A DNA stretch of 63,891 bases, filler included, from Octopus bimaculoides (taxonomy: Eukaryota), in assembly GCF_001194135.2 (NCBI RefSeq). It is 7 parts of 6 records of this genome, joined end to end, with 100 filler letters (N's around TTAATTAATTAA, not from the genome) between each part and the next. Parts side by side here need not be neighbours in the genome. Positions count along the whole stretch, not along the records: positions 1 to 27,772 come from NC_068986.1; positions 27,873 to 44,077 come from NC_068982.1; 5 more parts are not named here. One strand, written 5' to 3'. Positions within the stretch are counted from its first letter, which is position 1. Every line of letters starts with the position of its first letter. Position numbers and translations under genes: made by a program. Shown here piece by piece: positions 25,796 to 36,846 of this stretch. The notes under the pieces were generated by a model. That model ran no database searches. It saw only the letters and a list, made by a program, of their open reading frames with translations, and was not told where the DNA came from.

Positions 25796-26009
25796 AGTTA
25801 CATTATTTACATTATTTACATTTGACGGATATTTGTCCTCATCTTTTTTGTTGTTAACACAACGTTTCGGCTGATATACCCTCCAGCCTTCGTCAGGTGT
25901 CTTGGGGAAATTTCGAACCTGGGTTCTCATTCCTAACGATGTTACTATTATTATATTATTATTATTATTACTATTATTAATCAGGTCGCTGCCGTGAATC
26001 GAACTCGGA
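25796..26009 (-). mobile_element. tRNA-headed SINE-like element with hammerhead tail (copy 1; B box kept, 5' truncated)
   Basis: Reverse complement: ccgaGTTCGATTCacggcagcgacctga, then (AAT)n, catcgttaggaatgagaacccagg, hammerhead, and a (TGTAAATAA)n tail. Confidence 0.75.
25856..25901 (-). ncRNA. Minimal type I hammerhead ribozyme motif (Penelope-type)
   Basis: GACAC-CTGACGA-A-GGCTG-GAGGGTATAT-CAGCC-GAA-ACGT-T-GTGTT. Shows CUGANGA and GAAA cores, 5-bp stem II, palindromic ACGU stem III and stem I GACAC/GUGUU. One extra A after the core; cleavage triplet GUU. Confidence 0.7.
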
Positions 26010-26113
26010 CACAACAACCTCCTAAGCAGACCGAGTGCAGATATGAATAGCATATGGGAACCGGTATTGAGGAAGGATAGATTTATAAGCCTTAAAATTC
26101 ACCCCTTAATTGC

Positions 26114-26395
26114 CCACGGGTATATGGCGTAGTGGTTAAGAGCGCGGGCTACTAACCCCAAGGTTCCGACCTGATTAATAATAGTAATAATAATAATAAT
26201 AATAATATAATAATAGTAACATCGTTAGGAATGAGAACCCAGGTTCGAAATTTCCCCAAGTCACCTGACGAAGGCTGGAGGGTATATCAGCCGAAACGTT
26301 GTGTTAACAACAAAAAAAAGATGAGGACAAATATCCGTCAAATGTAAATAATGTAAATAATGTAAATAATTCCTCATCTCTTAAATATAGAACTG
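26114..26395 (+). mobile_element. tRNA-headed SINE-like element with hammerhead tail (copy 2; A box kept, B box deleted)
   Basis: A box TGGCGTAGTGG at 26125-26135 and anticodon-like arm ggg-ctactaa-ccc. Then (AAT)n, hammerhead, (TGTAAATAA)x3 and the end ttaaatatagaactg. Confidence 0.75.
26260..26305 (+). ncRNA. Minimal hammerhead ribozyme motif (second copy, one stem I mismatch)
   Basis: GTCAC-CTGACGA-A-GGCTG..CAGCC-GAAACGTT-GTGTT. CTGACGA at 26265-26271. Confidence 0.65.
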
Positions 26396-26508
26396 AATGA
26401 TACTAGTGATATTGAAGTCGACGACAACAGTAACAACAAGTGAAAATAAAAGACTGTATGATTACTGTTGAAACGTTTAAGAAAAATATGGGATTGTTCC
26501 AGACTTAC

Positions 26509-26567
26509 CTGGGGCTAAACAACACTAGCAACAATAACAATGGCAAGGACAAAACGAGGTCAAATCT
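26509..26567 (-). CDS. Candidate exon encoding a hydrophobic signal-peptide/TM-like segment RFDLVLSLPLLLLLVLFSP
   Basis: Strong acceptor ggcatgtttttctttgcag and consensus donor CAG|GTAAGT. 59 nt; only the phase 0 to 2 frame is open. Confidence 0.5.
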
Positions 26568-27589
26568 CTGCAAAGAAAAACATGCCCCCAAGCAAATAAT
26601 TTGTTATCACGTTTTGGATTCTCAAGAAAATTACCAAATTCTATTTACTCTGTCCACGAAGGAGACCGTGCTAATACATTTGTTGAAGTATTGATGTATA
26701 TATAAATGGCGACAAGTCGTGACTGAATGTCGTCGCTAAGGCTTAATAAGCAATCACAAAAATTTCCTTGCTAAAGCGTCTAGATTAAGTCAGCATTAAA
26801 AAGATATAAAGCATTTCTCTACCAATGTAATGACATTGGTGTGAATAATTGATAGTTGCGGATCAAGCAACCGAGTTGTAGATTAGCGATTAGAACTATC
26901 ATTTTCTTATGTGCATGTTCCCATGTTTTGCGTTTATGCAAATGCAAGGCAGTTTATCTCCGTGTCTGCCTGTATAATGATCATTATAACATTTGTATGT
27001 ACGTATGTTCAGGTATATATAAATACATGCAGATGCATATATATATACCTACATATTTATGTGTTCACAAATGTTATCAGAACAGACAGCTTCTCAGTTT
27101 CCGGCACATAATGATGTCCATGGATGCAAATGAATAATTACAAAATCATATATCGTACATGTGCCTATATNNNNNNNNNNATATATATATATATATATGC
27201 ATGCTAACATAGGGACATGCATATACAGACACAACAGCAGAGAGACAAACACTTTACAGACACAAAAAACCTTGAAACTTGCTTTTCGAATACATATAGA
27301 TTTGTTACTTGATTCTTCCCCAATATATTTGTGCGAAGCAATATTTTTCACCAGTGGATATGTCCATAATACCTTACATAGATAGAGATACTTTAAGAAT
27401 ATTAACATATTTACAGCAATATATTTACATACGTGTGTGCCTGAGCATACATATATGTGTGTGTGCGTGTGTATAGAGAGAGAGAGAGAGAGGAAGAGGG
27501 AAAGAGAGGAGGAGGAAGAGAGAGAATGAGGAAGAGACATGCATATGTGCTTCATGCACATATATCCATATATATGTCTGCGTTTATAC

Positions 27590-27674
<85 letters not shown>

Positions 27675-27872
27675 GATAGATAGATAGATAGATAGATAGA
27701 CTGATAGATAGATAGATAGGTACACACATAGATAGATATAGATATAGATAGCGGTAAAGACATATATATATANNNNNNNNNNNNNNNNNNNNNNNNNNNN
27801 NNNNNNNNNNNNNNNNTTAATTAATTAANNNNNNNNNNNNNNNNNNNNNNNNNNNNNNNNNNNNNNNNNNNN

Positions 27873-27916
<44 letters not shown>

Positions 27917-28184
27917 GTATGGATAATGAAAACAACCTGAATAAGAAGAAAAATGATTCTGAGTACAAGAAAAAGTAAGAAAAATATATTTTTTAAATGT
28001 GTTGAAAAAAACATCTCAAGGTGGGGAGGTGTTGTGGCAGACACCACAAGGTGAGAAGTGGGCTGGTCCACTACTAATAAATAGTGAACGGACACAGTCA
28101 GTAGTGTCAGCCAGCGAGGTATGCTGTTAGAGCCAGTCCCACACAGACAACGAAATATGTCGCTATAATGCGGGACATAACAAG

Positions 28185-28990
28185 TAGCAATCGAATTCTG
28201 TTATCCAGAGCACTACATCAGCAGCGGAGAATGAATTTTTAAAGCATAATTGTTAGAATAAGAACAGGATAGTCAAAGTTAAGGATGCCAATATTATCTG
28301 GTAGTAAAGGCTTCTTGCTTAGAGTGAAAAGCAGATTGTATAAAGCCTGTATACATACAACTGTCACTAGAGAGGAGATGAAAAAGGCTTAAAACAAATG
28401 AAGCCAGGAGGTTCTGCTGGATGGGTGATGTCAGGGAGCGTGGATAACACAGTGTAAAGGATTTAAGAGAAAAATTGGGTATAAGAGGCATCAGTTGAAA
28501 TGCACAAGAGAGAAGACAGTAGTATCGTGTGATGCATATAGATGAGGACAGTTGCATAAAGAAGTGCTTCTTTCTACACCAATTGTGGAAGGAAGCTGTT
28601 AAACAGATAGACCCAGGAGGACATGGCAAAAATTGGTGAGAAATGGTCTTTTGACATTGGGCATTAAAGATAAGATAAAAAAGGACCAGCATTTCTGGCA
28701 GTTTTCTGCACTTCAGAAAACATGTCAATCTAAAGAAAGTCTTGGCCACCCATAAATACAGGCATCTCCTTTACAGTGATGACCCACCATGTCCTCTTGC
28801 AAACACATACACAATGGTGTCACATAAAAGCACCTGTGCCACAACCACTAAAAAGAACCATGCCAGTGTCAATTAAAATCACCTGTGCCAGTGCTACATC
28901 AAGAATATACGAGACAAACGTTCCAACACATGACAAAACTGAGAGCAGACATTGTATGATGATAATAATGGTAAAGATCATGATGAATTA
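28185..28990 (+). mobile_element. Old RTE LINE, 3' part (duplicated intronic copy 1)
   Basis: Relics of KGFLLRVKSRLYKAC, LREKLGIRGIS and RPRRTW, followed by a 3' UTR ending in a (GAT/AAT)n tail. Confidence 0.7.
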
Positions 28991-29121
28991 TTAGCAATTT
29001 TACCACAAACCACTACAAAAATGTAGAGTTTTCAAATTTTAATCTATAAATGAAAAGAAGATACTATGGCTTGGCCAAAATATAATAAACCCAAATAAAT
29101 TCACTGAAAAATAATACTTAC

Positions 29122-29172
29122 GTTTCTAGAGTTTCATCAATTACTCTGTTTCTTTCATTTCTTCTACCATTT
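29122..29172 (-). CDS. Micro-exon A1 (51 nt, phase 2-2): NGRRNERNRVIDETLE
   Basis: ctgtag| ... |gtaagt. Only one frame is open. Confidence 0.6.
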
Positions 29173-29921
29173 CTACAGAATTTAAAATATTGGCCATTAT
29201 TAAATTTCTATTCCATATTTATTTCATACTAGAAAACAAACCAAGTATATTTTAGTACCGTATTTCTTGAGATGCTCAGTGTTTCTTTCAATTAATTTTA
29301 AATATGACAAAGGATTTAATAAAATTTAGTTATTATTAAGCTAGTGTTAGGAACATCAATTGTGACTAATGTTTGGAAGTAGATTTTAATTCAGAACTTT
29401 TGAAAACAAGAAATTTGTACTTCAGAGCAAGAGGCAGTTTCAGATGTTTGGTATCGAACAGGATAAACAGGTCCAACTTTGTTACTCAAAATGAAAATGG
29501 TGAAAATTCAATTAGGAGTTACAATGGACAGTGTGAATAATTTCAGTTTGGTGAAGAGGGAAATCATAATGGAATGAAATGCTCTAACTGTTGTAGCAAA
29601 GAAAGAAGATATGTCTGATAGAGACAACAGTTAAGATTAAGAAATAGTGAGAAACATGTCATCAGTAGAGCAATATTGTAGTTGTATAAATGAAGGTTAA
29701 GCATGTTAAAGACGACATAAGATTTGAAGATCATCAGCTCTCACCATCCCATCTGTTTACTCCAAGAGAAATAATATTTTTAGAACTACAGCATCTGATG
29801 TGGGACTTTCTTTTTTCAAGTCAGCAATGTAAGGAATTTTCCATCATGGGAAGAAAGAAGATTAAAGGTTTTCAACAAAATATATTTAAACCCAATTTAT
29901 TCAATGAAAAGTGTCGCTTAC

Positions 29922-29972
29922 ATTGCTTCACCATCTTGATTTCTTTTCTTTTGACTTTCTCTAACATTTGTC
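29922..29972 (-). CDS. Micro-exon B1 (51 nt, phase 2-2): TNVRESQKKRNQDGEA
   Basis: ttttacttttag| ... |gtaagc. Confidence 0.65.
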
Positions 29973-30059
29973 CTAAAAGTAAAACATGGATTTTATCTTT
30001 TGTTTTTCATTCTAGAATTATTTCACAGAAATAAACAACGTTTTGGAAGTTAAATGTCA

Positions 30060-30915
30060 GAAAATGATTGCATTTTATAGGGAATAAATTACTCAGCAGA
30101 TTAGGAAGAGAGTTGGCCTGGATGAGATGCAGTTCTGTTTCATACCAGGAAGAAACACAACTGGTGCTGTCCCCTTGGTAAGGCAGGAGAAGTATTTATC
30201 CATGAATAAACCATTGTATCTAGCTTGAGCTGGAGTAAGACTTTCAAAAGTAAACCTCTCTCCTTGGCTATTGTGGGCCAAAGAAACCCTTGGACATGAC
30301 TATTATTGCTCCCTCAGTTGGTGGTCAATACTGAAGGTATGGATTGATGAGTTGTTTGAGACCATACAAGCCATGTACAAGCATGCTGTCAATAAGTTGA
30401 AGGTCCTAAATGAGTAAAGCAATGAATTAAGTGTACAAGTAAGCATTCACCAAAGACAAGTTCTTAGCCCATTCTTTTTTTTTTTAATCATAATCCTCAA
30501 GGACATAACAACGGAATTTAAGATTGGTTGCCCTTGCAAACACCTCCAAGACTGATCAATGTTGTATTTTATGTCAGAACTGTTATATACAATGCAGAGG
30601 AAATTTCAGGTGTGGCACCAGGTCAGAAATCATATAAACATAGAATTAATTTAGATGAGAGCAAAATTCTGACGAGGCATAAAATAGAAAAATCACACAT
30701 CCCTTCAGGGGGATGGCCCTGCTCAAAATGTAGGAAAGGTATTGGTAGAAACTCAATACAATGTATCCAGTGCAAGTTCTGCACACACAGAGTGCAGTAG
30801 TAAAATAAATACTAAAAGGTAAAATAAATACTAAAAGGTAAGATAAATACTAAGTATATACAGAGGAGAGACTCCCTCAAATGATTAGGATATCCTTAGA
30901 AGTAGTAATGAAATT
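30060..30915 (+). mobile_element. Old RTE LINE, RT and PHD-like region (copy 2, 3' part deleted)
   Basis: IRKRVGLDEMQFCFIPGRNT, EKYLSMNKPLYLA, HQRQVLSP and PSGGWPCSKCRKGIGRNSIQCIQCKFCTH. Confidence 0.75.
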
Positions 30916-31052
30916 CTATTATTGGAAAATTTACTACAAACCCCTACAAAAATGTAGAGTTTTCAAATTTTAATCTATAAATGAACAGAAAATACTATGG
31001 CTTCAGCAAAATATAATAAACCCAAATAAATTCACTGAGAAATAATACTTAC

Positions 31053-31100
31053 CTTTCTAGAGTTTCATCAATTCCACTGTTTCTTTCATTTCTACCATTT
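31053..31100 (-). CDS. Micro-exon A2 (48 nt, phase 2-2): NGRNERNSGIDETLE
   Basis: gtgtag| ... AG|gtaagt. Confidence 0.6.
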
Positions 31101-31491
31101 CTACACAATTTAAAATATTAACCATTATTATATATTTATTCCATATTTATTTCATACTAGAAAACAAAGCAAGTATATTTTACTACTGAAATTTAAAACA
31201 GGTCCAACTTTATTGCTCAAACTGAAAATGGTAGACATTCAATCAGGACTTGCAATTTGGTGGAAAGGGAGATCATCGAGGACAGAAATGCTATAGTTGT
31301 TGTAGATGAAATGTCTCATAGACACAACAGTTAAGATTAGGAATTCGTAGGAAGCTTGTAAAGAGTAGAGCAATATTGTAGTTGTATAAATAAAGGTCAG
31401 GCATGATAAAGATGACATAAAATATGAAGATTCCCAGCTCTCACCATACCATCTGGTTACTCCAGGAGAAATCATATTCTTAGAACTACAC

Positions 31492-32455
31492 TGTGTGTGG
31501 CAGATATGCAGATAAAATAAATAGTAAGTATATAGAGTAAAGACTCCCTAAAATGATCAGGGTATCTTTAGAAGTAGTAATCAAATTCTGTTATCCAGGC
31601 CATCCTGTTAGCAATGGAGAACGAATTTTTGAAGCATTATTGTTAGAATAAGAACAGGATAGTCAAATTTAATGGTGCCAGTATCTGGTAGTAAAACACC
31701 TCGCCCTAAGGGTGAAAAGCAGATTGAATATTGGCTGTGTACATACAACTAGGCAACATGACAGTGAAACATGAATTGTCACATGACATGCAAAAGGCTT
31801 AAAACAAAAGAAGCCAGGAGGTTCAACTGGTTGGTCATGTCAGTGTGCATGTATGATAAAATTGGGTATAAGAGGCATCAGTTGTAGTGCACAGAAGAGA
31901 AAACTGACAATATGTGATGCATATCGATGAGAATAGCTGCATAAAGAAGTGTTTATTTCTACTCCAATTGTGAGCGAAAACTTGGGAAAAAGTGGTGAGA
32001 AACAGTCTTCAGACACTGGGGTTTACAGGGATGATAAGAATGACCAAGATTTCTAGCAGTTTTTTGCACTTCCGAAGACACATCAAGCTAAGGAAAATCT
32101 TGGCCTCCCATACATACAGACATGCCCTTTACAGCTATGACCCACTACATCCCTGACTTGCAAGCACATACACAATGCCCCCATAAACACACCTGTTCCA
32201 GAACCACTAGAAATGACATTGCCAGTGTCAATTAAAAGCACCCATGCCATTACCACATAAAAACACCTGTGCCAATGCCACATCAAGAATATATGAGATA
32301 CTCTATAAAGTGGTTAGCATTAGAAAGATCCAGCTATAGGACCCATAAGGAAACAGACAATTGCAGCCTGGACAGACCTCCAGCTGGCGAGCTCCTGTCA
32401 AATATTGCACCACATCAAAAATTTGAGAATGGGCATTAACTGGTGATAATGATGA
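31492..32455 (+). mobile_element. Old RTE LINE, 3' part (copy 3, 5' part deleted)
   Basis: Colinear with 28185-28990 and 34230-35875. Confidence 0.7.
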
Positions 32456-32746
32456 NNNNNNNNNNNNNNNNNNNNNNNNNNNNNNNNNNNNNNNNNNNNN
32501 NNNNNNNNNNNNNNNNNNNNNNNNNNNNNNNNNNNNNNNNNNNNNNNNNNNNNNNNNNNNNNNNNNNNNNNNNNNNNNNNNNNNNNNNNNNNNNNNNNNN
32601 NNNNNNNNNNNNNNNNNNNNNNNNNNNNNNNNNNNNNNNNNNNNNNNNNNNNNNNNNNNNNNNNNNNNNNNNNNNNGAACTGAAAATACTATGACTTCAG
32701 CAAAATATAATAAACCCAAATAAATTCACTGAAAAATAATACTTAC

Positions 32747-32794
32747 CTTTCTAGAGTTTCATCAATTCCCCTGTTTCTTTCATTTATACCATTT
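32747..32794 (-). CDS. Micro-exon A3 (48 nt, phase 2-2): NGINERNRGIDETLE
   Basis: ctgtag| ... AG|gtaagt. Confidence 0.6.
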
Positions 32795-33316
32795 CTACAG
32801 AATTTGAAATATTAGCCATTATTATATCTTTATTCCATATTTATTTCATATTATAAAACTAAGCAAGTATATTTTAGGTTTAAATTTAAACAGGTCCAGC
32901 CTTGTTACTCAAAATCAAAACGGTGAAAATTCAATCACGAGTTGCAAGGAACAGTGTGAATAATTAGTTTGGTGGGAAAGGAGATCATTGAGAAAAGAAA
33001 GATGAAATGCCTGGTAGAGACAAAATTCAGATTAGGAATTCGTGGGAAGCTTCTAATCAATAGAGCAATATTGTAGTTGTATAAATGAAGGTTAGGCATG
33101 ATAAAGATGACATATGATTTAAAGATTTTCAGCTCTCACCATCCCACCTGGTTACTCCAGGACTAATAATATTGTAAGATCTACAGTATCTGTAATCAGA
33201 CTTTGTTTTATCAAGTCAGCAATGTAAGGAATTTTCCATCATGGGAAGAAAGAAGATTGAAGATTTTCAACAAAATATATTTAAACCCAATTTATTCAAT
33301 GAAAAGTGTTACTTAC

Positions 33317-33367
33317 ATTGCTTCAGCATCTTGATTTCTTTTCTTTTGACTTTCTCTAACATTTGTC
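33317..33367 (-). CDS. Micro-exon B2 (51 nt, phase 2-2): TNVRESQKKRNQDAEA
   Basis: gtttttcttttag| ... |gtaagt. Confidence 0.65.
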
Positions 33368-33469
33368 CTAAAAGAAAAACATAGATTATAACATTTTTTG
33401 TTTCTTATTCTAGAATTATTTCACAGAAATAGACACCATTTTGAAAATGAAATATAGTCAGAACATGAT

Positions 33470-35875
33470 TGTTTTTTATGGGGAATAAATTGCTCAACTG
33501 ATTGGGAAGAGATTTAAACTGGATGAGATGCAATTCTATATTGTGCCATAAAGAAACACAACTAGTGCTGTCCTCGTGCTAAGGCAATTGCAGGAGAAGT
33601 ATGTAGCCCTGAATAAACCATTGTATCTGGCTGTTATAGAACTGGAAAAAGACTTTCAAGTAGAAGCCTCTATCCTTGCCTATTGTCGACCTAAGAAAGC
33701 CTTGGACAGATGCTATTGCCCCTTCATCTGGTGGTCAATGCAGAAGGCATGGATTGATGAGTTGTTTGAGACCATACAAGCCATGTACAAGCATGATCTC
33801 AATATGTTGATGCAATGAGTATAGCAATGAATTTAGTGTACAGCTGAGCATTCACCAAAGACAAGTCCCACCCCGTCTTCTTTTTCTCATAGTCCTCAAG
33901 GACATAGCAGAGGAATTTAAGTCTGGTGCCCTTAGCAAGACCTGAAATGCTGATCAATTTTTTTCTCATAGCTGAACTGTTAGATGAAATCAAGAGGAAA
34001 TTTCAGGTCAGAAATCAAATAGCCTTATCATTAATTTAGCTAAGAGCAAAATTCTAATGAACTGTACACAGACAAATCACAAATCCCTTCAGGGAGATAG
34101 CCTTGCTCAAAATGTAGAAAAGGTGTTGGTAGAAACTCCATACAGTGTATCCAGTGCAAGTTCTGTACACATAAATGGTGCAGTAGTATCATGGGAAAAT
34201 GAACAATTCAAGTAGACATTCTGTGTGACAGATATGCAGGTAAAATAATTACTAAGTGTGTACAGAGGAGAGACTCCCTCAAATGACAGGGGTAATTCTC
34301 AGAAATAGTAATCAAATTCTGTTATCCAGGCCACCATGTTAGCAGTGGAGGACGAATTTTGGAAGCATAATTGCTAGAATAAGAACAGGCCGATCAAAGT
34401 TAAGGGTACCAGCATTTTCTGGGAGTAAAGGGTGTCTCCCTTGGAGTCATCATCATCATCATCATCATCATTTAACGTCCGCTTTCCATGCTAGCATGGG
34501 TTGGACGATTTGACTGAGGACTGGTGAAACCGGATGGCAACACCAGGCTCCAATCTAATTTGGCAGAGTTTCTACAGCTGGATGCCCTTCCTAACGCCAA
34601 CCACTCAGAGAGTGTAGTGGGTGCTTTTACGTGTCACCCGCACGAAAACGATACATTTATAAATTCGACCTAAAATGCATATACATATAATACATAGACA
34701 TTTTTTTTTTATATTTATAAAATATAAATATATATATATATAAAAGTATATGTAAACACAACCCATTTTTATGTNNNNNNNNNNNNNNNNNNNNNNNNNN
34801 NNNNNNNNNNNNNNNNNNNNNNNNNNNNNNNNNNNNNNNNNNNNNNNNNNNNNNNNNNNNNNNNNNNNNNNNNNNNNNNNNNNNNNNNNNNNNNNNNNNN
34901 NNNNNNNNNNNNNNNNNNNNNNNNNNNNNNNNNNNNNNNNNNNNNNNNNNNNNNNNNNNNNNNNNNNNNNNNNNNNNNNNNNNNNNNNNNNNNNNNNNNN
35001 NNNNNNNNNNNNNNNNNNNNNNNNNNNNNNNNNNNNNNNNNNNNNNNNNNNNNNNNNNNNNNNNNNNNNNNNNNNNNNNNNNNNNNNNGATATGAACCCA
35101 AATTAGGCAATCATCAGAAAAGCACATTTTATGATGCCTGTGTACATACAGCTAGGCTACATGGCAATGAAACATGAACTGTCACTAGAGATGACATGCA
35201 AATGGCTTGAAACAAATGAAGCTAAGAGGTTCTCCTGGATGGGTAATGTGAATGTATGACAGAGTGGATGCATATGAAGTGTTTGCTGGACAGCATATTG
35301 TGTGATGCATATGAAGTGCTTGAAGGGCAGCTACATAAAGAAGTGTTTGTTTCTACTGTAAGATGGGTAGATCCCAGAAGACATGGGAAAAAGTGGTGAG
35401 AAATGGTTTTCAGACATTAGGCTTTATAGAGAAAATAGTAAAGAACCAAGATTTCTGGCAGTTTTCTGCCCTTCAGAAGACATGTGAAGCTTAGTAAAGT
35501 CTTGACCATCCGTACATACAAGCATGCCCTTTACAGCTATGCCCCACCATGTCCTCTCTCTGCTGAGACATCCCTGTCTTGCAAGCATATACACGATGGT
35601 GTCACATAAAGGCACCCGTTCCAGAACCACTAGAAATGATCATGCCAGTGTCAATTACAAGCACCCATGCTGTTGCCACATAAAAGCACCTGTAACAGTG
35701 CCACATCAAGAATACATGAGACACTCCATAAAGTGGTTGCCATTGAGAAAGGCATCCAGCTATAGAAACTATAATAAAATAAACAATTGGAGCCTGGACA
35801 GTCCTCCAGCTCCTGTCAAACATTCCAGCACATAACAAAATTGAGAGCAGACATTAAATGATGATAATAATGTGA
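33470..35875 (+). mobile_element. Old RTE LINE (copy 4, most complete; interrupted by a young insertion and a gap)
   Basis: ORF 33576-33818 LRQLQEKYVALNKPLYLAVIELEKDF..IWWSMQKAWIDELFETIQAMYK, PHD-like cysteine cluster, 3' UTR and (GAT)n tail. Confidence 0.8.
34448..34649 (-). mobile_element. Young 5'-truncated RTE 3' UTR (or RTE-tailed SINE) with (GAT)n tail
   Basis: Near-identical reverse complement of 44178-44364 and 46905-47084. Confidence 0.85.
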
Positions 35876-36022
35876 TGATCATGATGAATTATTTGCTATT
35901 TTACCACAAACCCTCACAAGAATGGAGAGTTTTCAAATTTCGATGTAGAAATGAACAGAAAATACTATGACTTCAGCAAAATATAATAAATCCAAATAAA
36001 TTCACTGAAAAATAATACTTAC

Positions 36023-36067
36023 TTTTCTTGAGTTTCATCAATTCTTCTGCTTCTTTCTCTACCATTT
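36023..36067 (-). CDS. Micro-exon A4 (45 nt, phase 2-2): NGRERSRRIDETQE
   Basis: ctgtag| ... |gtaagt. Confidence 0.6.
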
Positions 36068-36303
36068 CTACAGAATGTAAAATATTATATTGTATTTTTA
36101 TATTATTATATTATATATGTGTTTATATATATTATTTTTTCCATATTATCATATTTTTATTCCATATTTATTTCGTAACAATGAGCGAAAATGAGATGAT
36201 TCTAAAGCATGAAAAAGCTATCGTCTGCTCACGATTCGTAAAGTAATACTTCAGTTATTTCCGGTTAATCTCACTTTTAAACGATGTTTGTTAAATACGT
36301 AGT

Positions 36304-36685
36304 GGAGGTGCAATGGCCCAATGGTTAGGGCAGCGGATTCGCGGTCTTAGGATCGCGGTTTCGATTCCCAGACTGGGCGTTGTGAGTGTTTATTGAGCGA
36401 AAACACCCAAAGCCCCACGAGGCTCCGGCAGTGGATGGTGGCGAACCCTGCTGTACTCTTTCACCACAACTTTCTCTCACTCTTTTTCTCTGTTTTTGCT
36501 GTACCTGTATTTCAAAGGGCCAGCCTTGTCACACTGTGTCACGCTGAATATCCCTGAAAACTACGTCAAGGGTACACGTGTCTGTGGAGTGCTCACCCAC
36601 TTGCATGTTAATTTCATGAGCAGGCTGTTCCGATGATCCGATCAACTGGAACCCTCGACGTCGTAAGCGACGGAGTGCTGAAGAA
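36304..36685 (+). mobile_element. Full-length tRNA-derived SINE (head type A) inserted in a Helitron-associated repeat
   Basis: A box TGGCCCAATGG and B box GTTTCGATTCC. Flanked by ATACGTA at 36295-36301 and 36691-36697 (TSD-like). The flanks rejoin into the sequence seen at 38390-38550. Confidence 0.85.
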
Positions 36686-36815
36686 GTTACATACGTATGT
36701 GTTTGTGTACGTCTGTGAGTGTATGTGAGAGAAAGGAAATCACACATGTATATATATATATATATATATTGATAAGAAGGACAACAAAAGAAAGTGACCT
36801 CGATATTACGTAAAT

Positions 36816-36846
<31 letters not shown>

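Noticed and set aside
27817-27828. TTAATTAATTAA islands inside N runs (also about 44122, 49927, 53558, 60266, 62723)
   Set aside because: Identical 12-mer with stops in all six frames, always between N runs of about 45-50 nt. This is a scaffolding linker, not biology.
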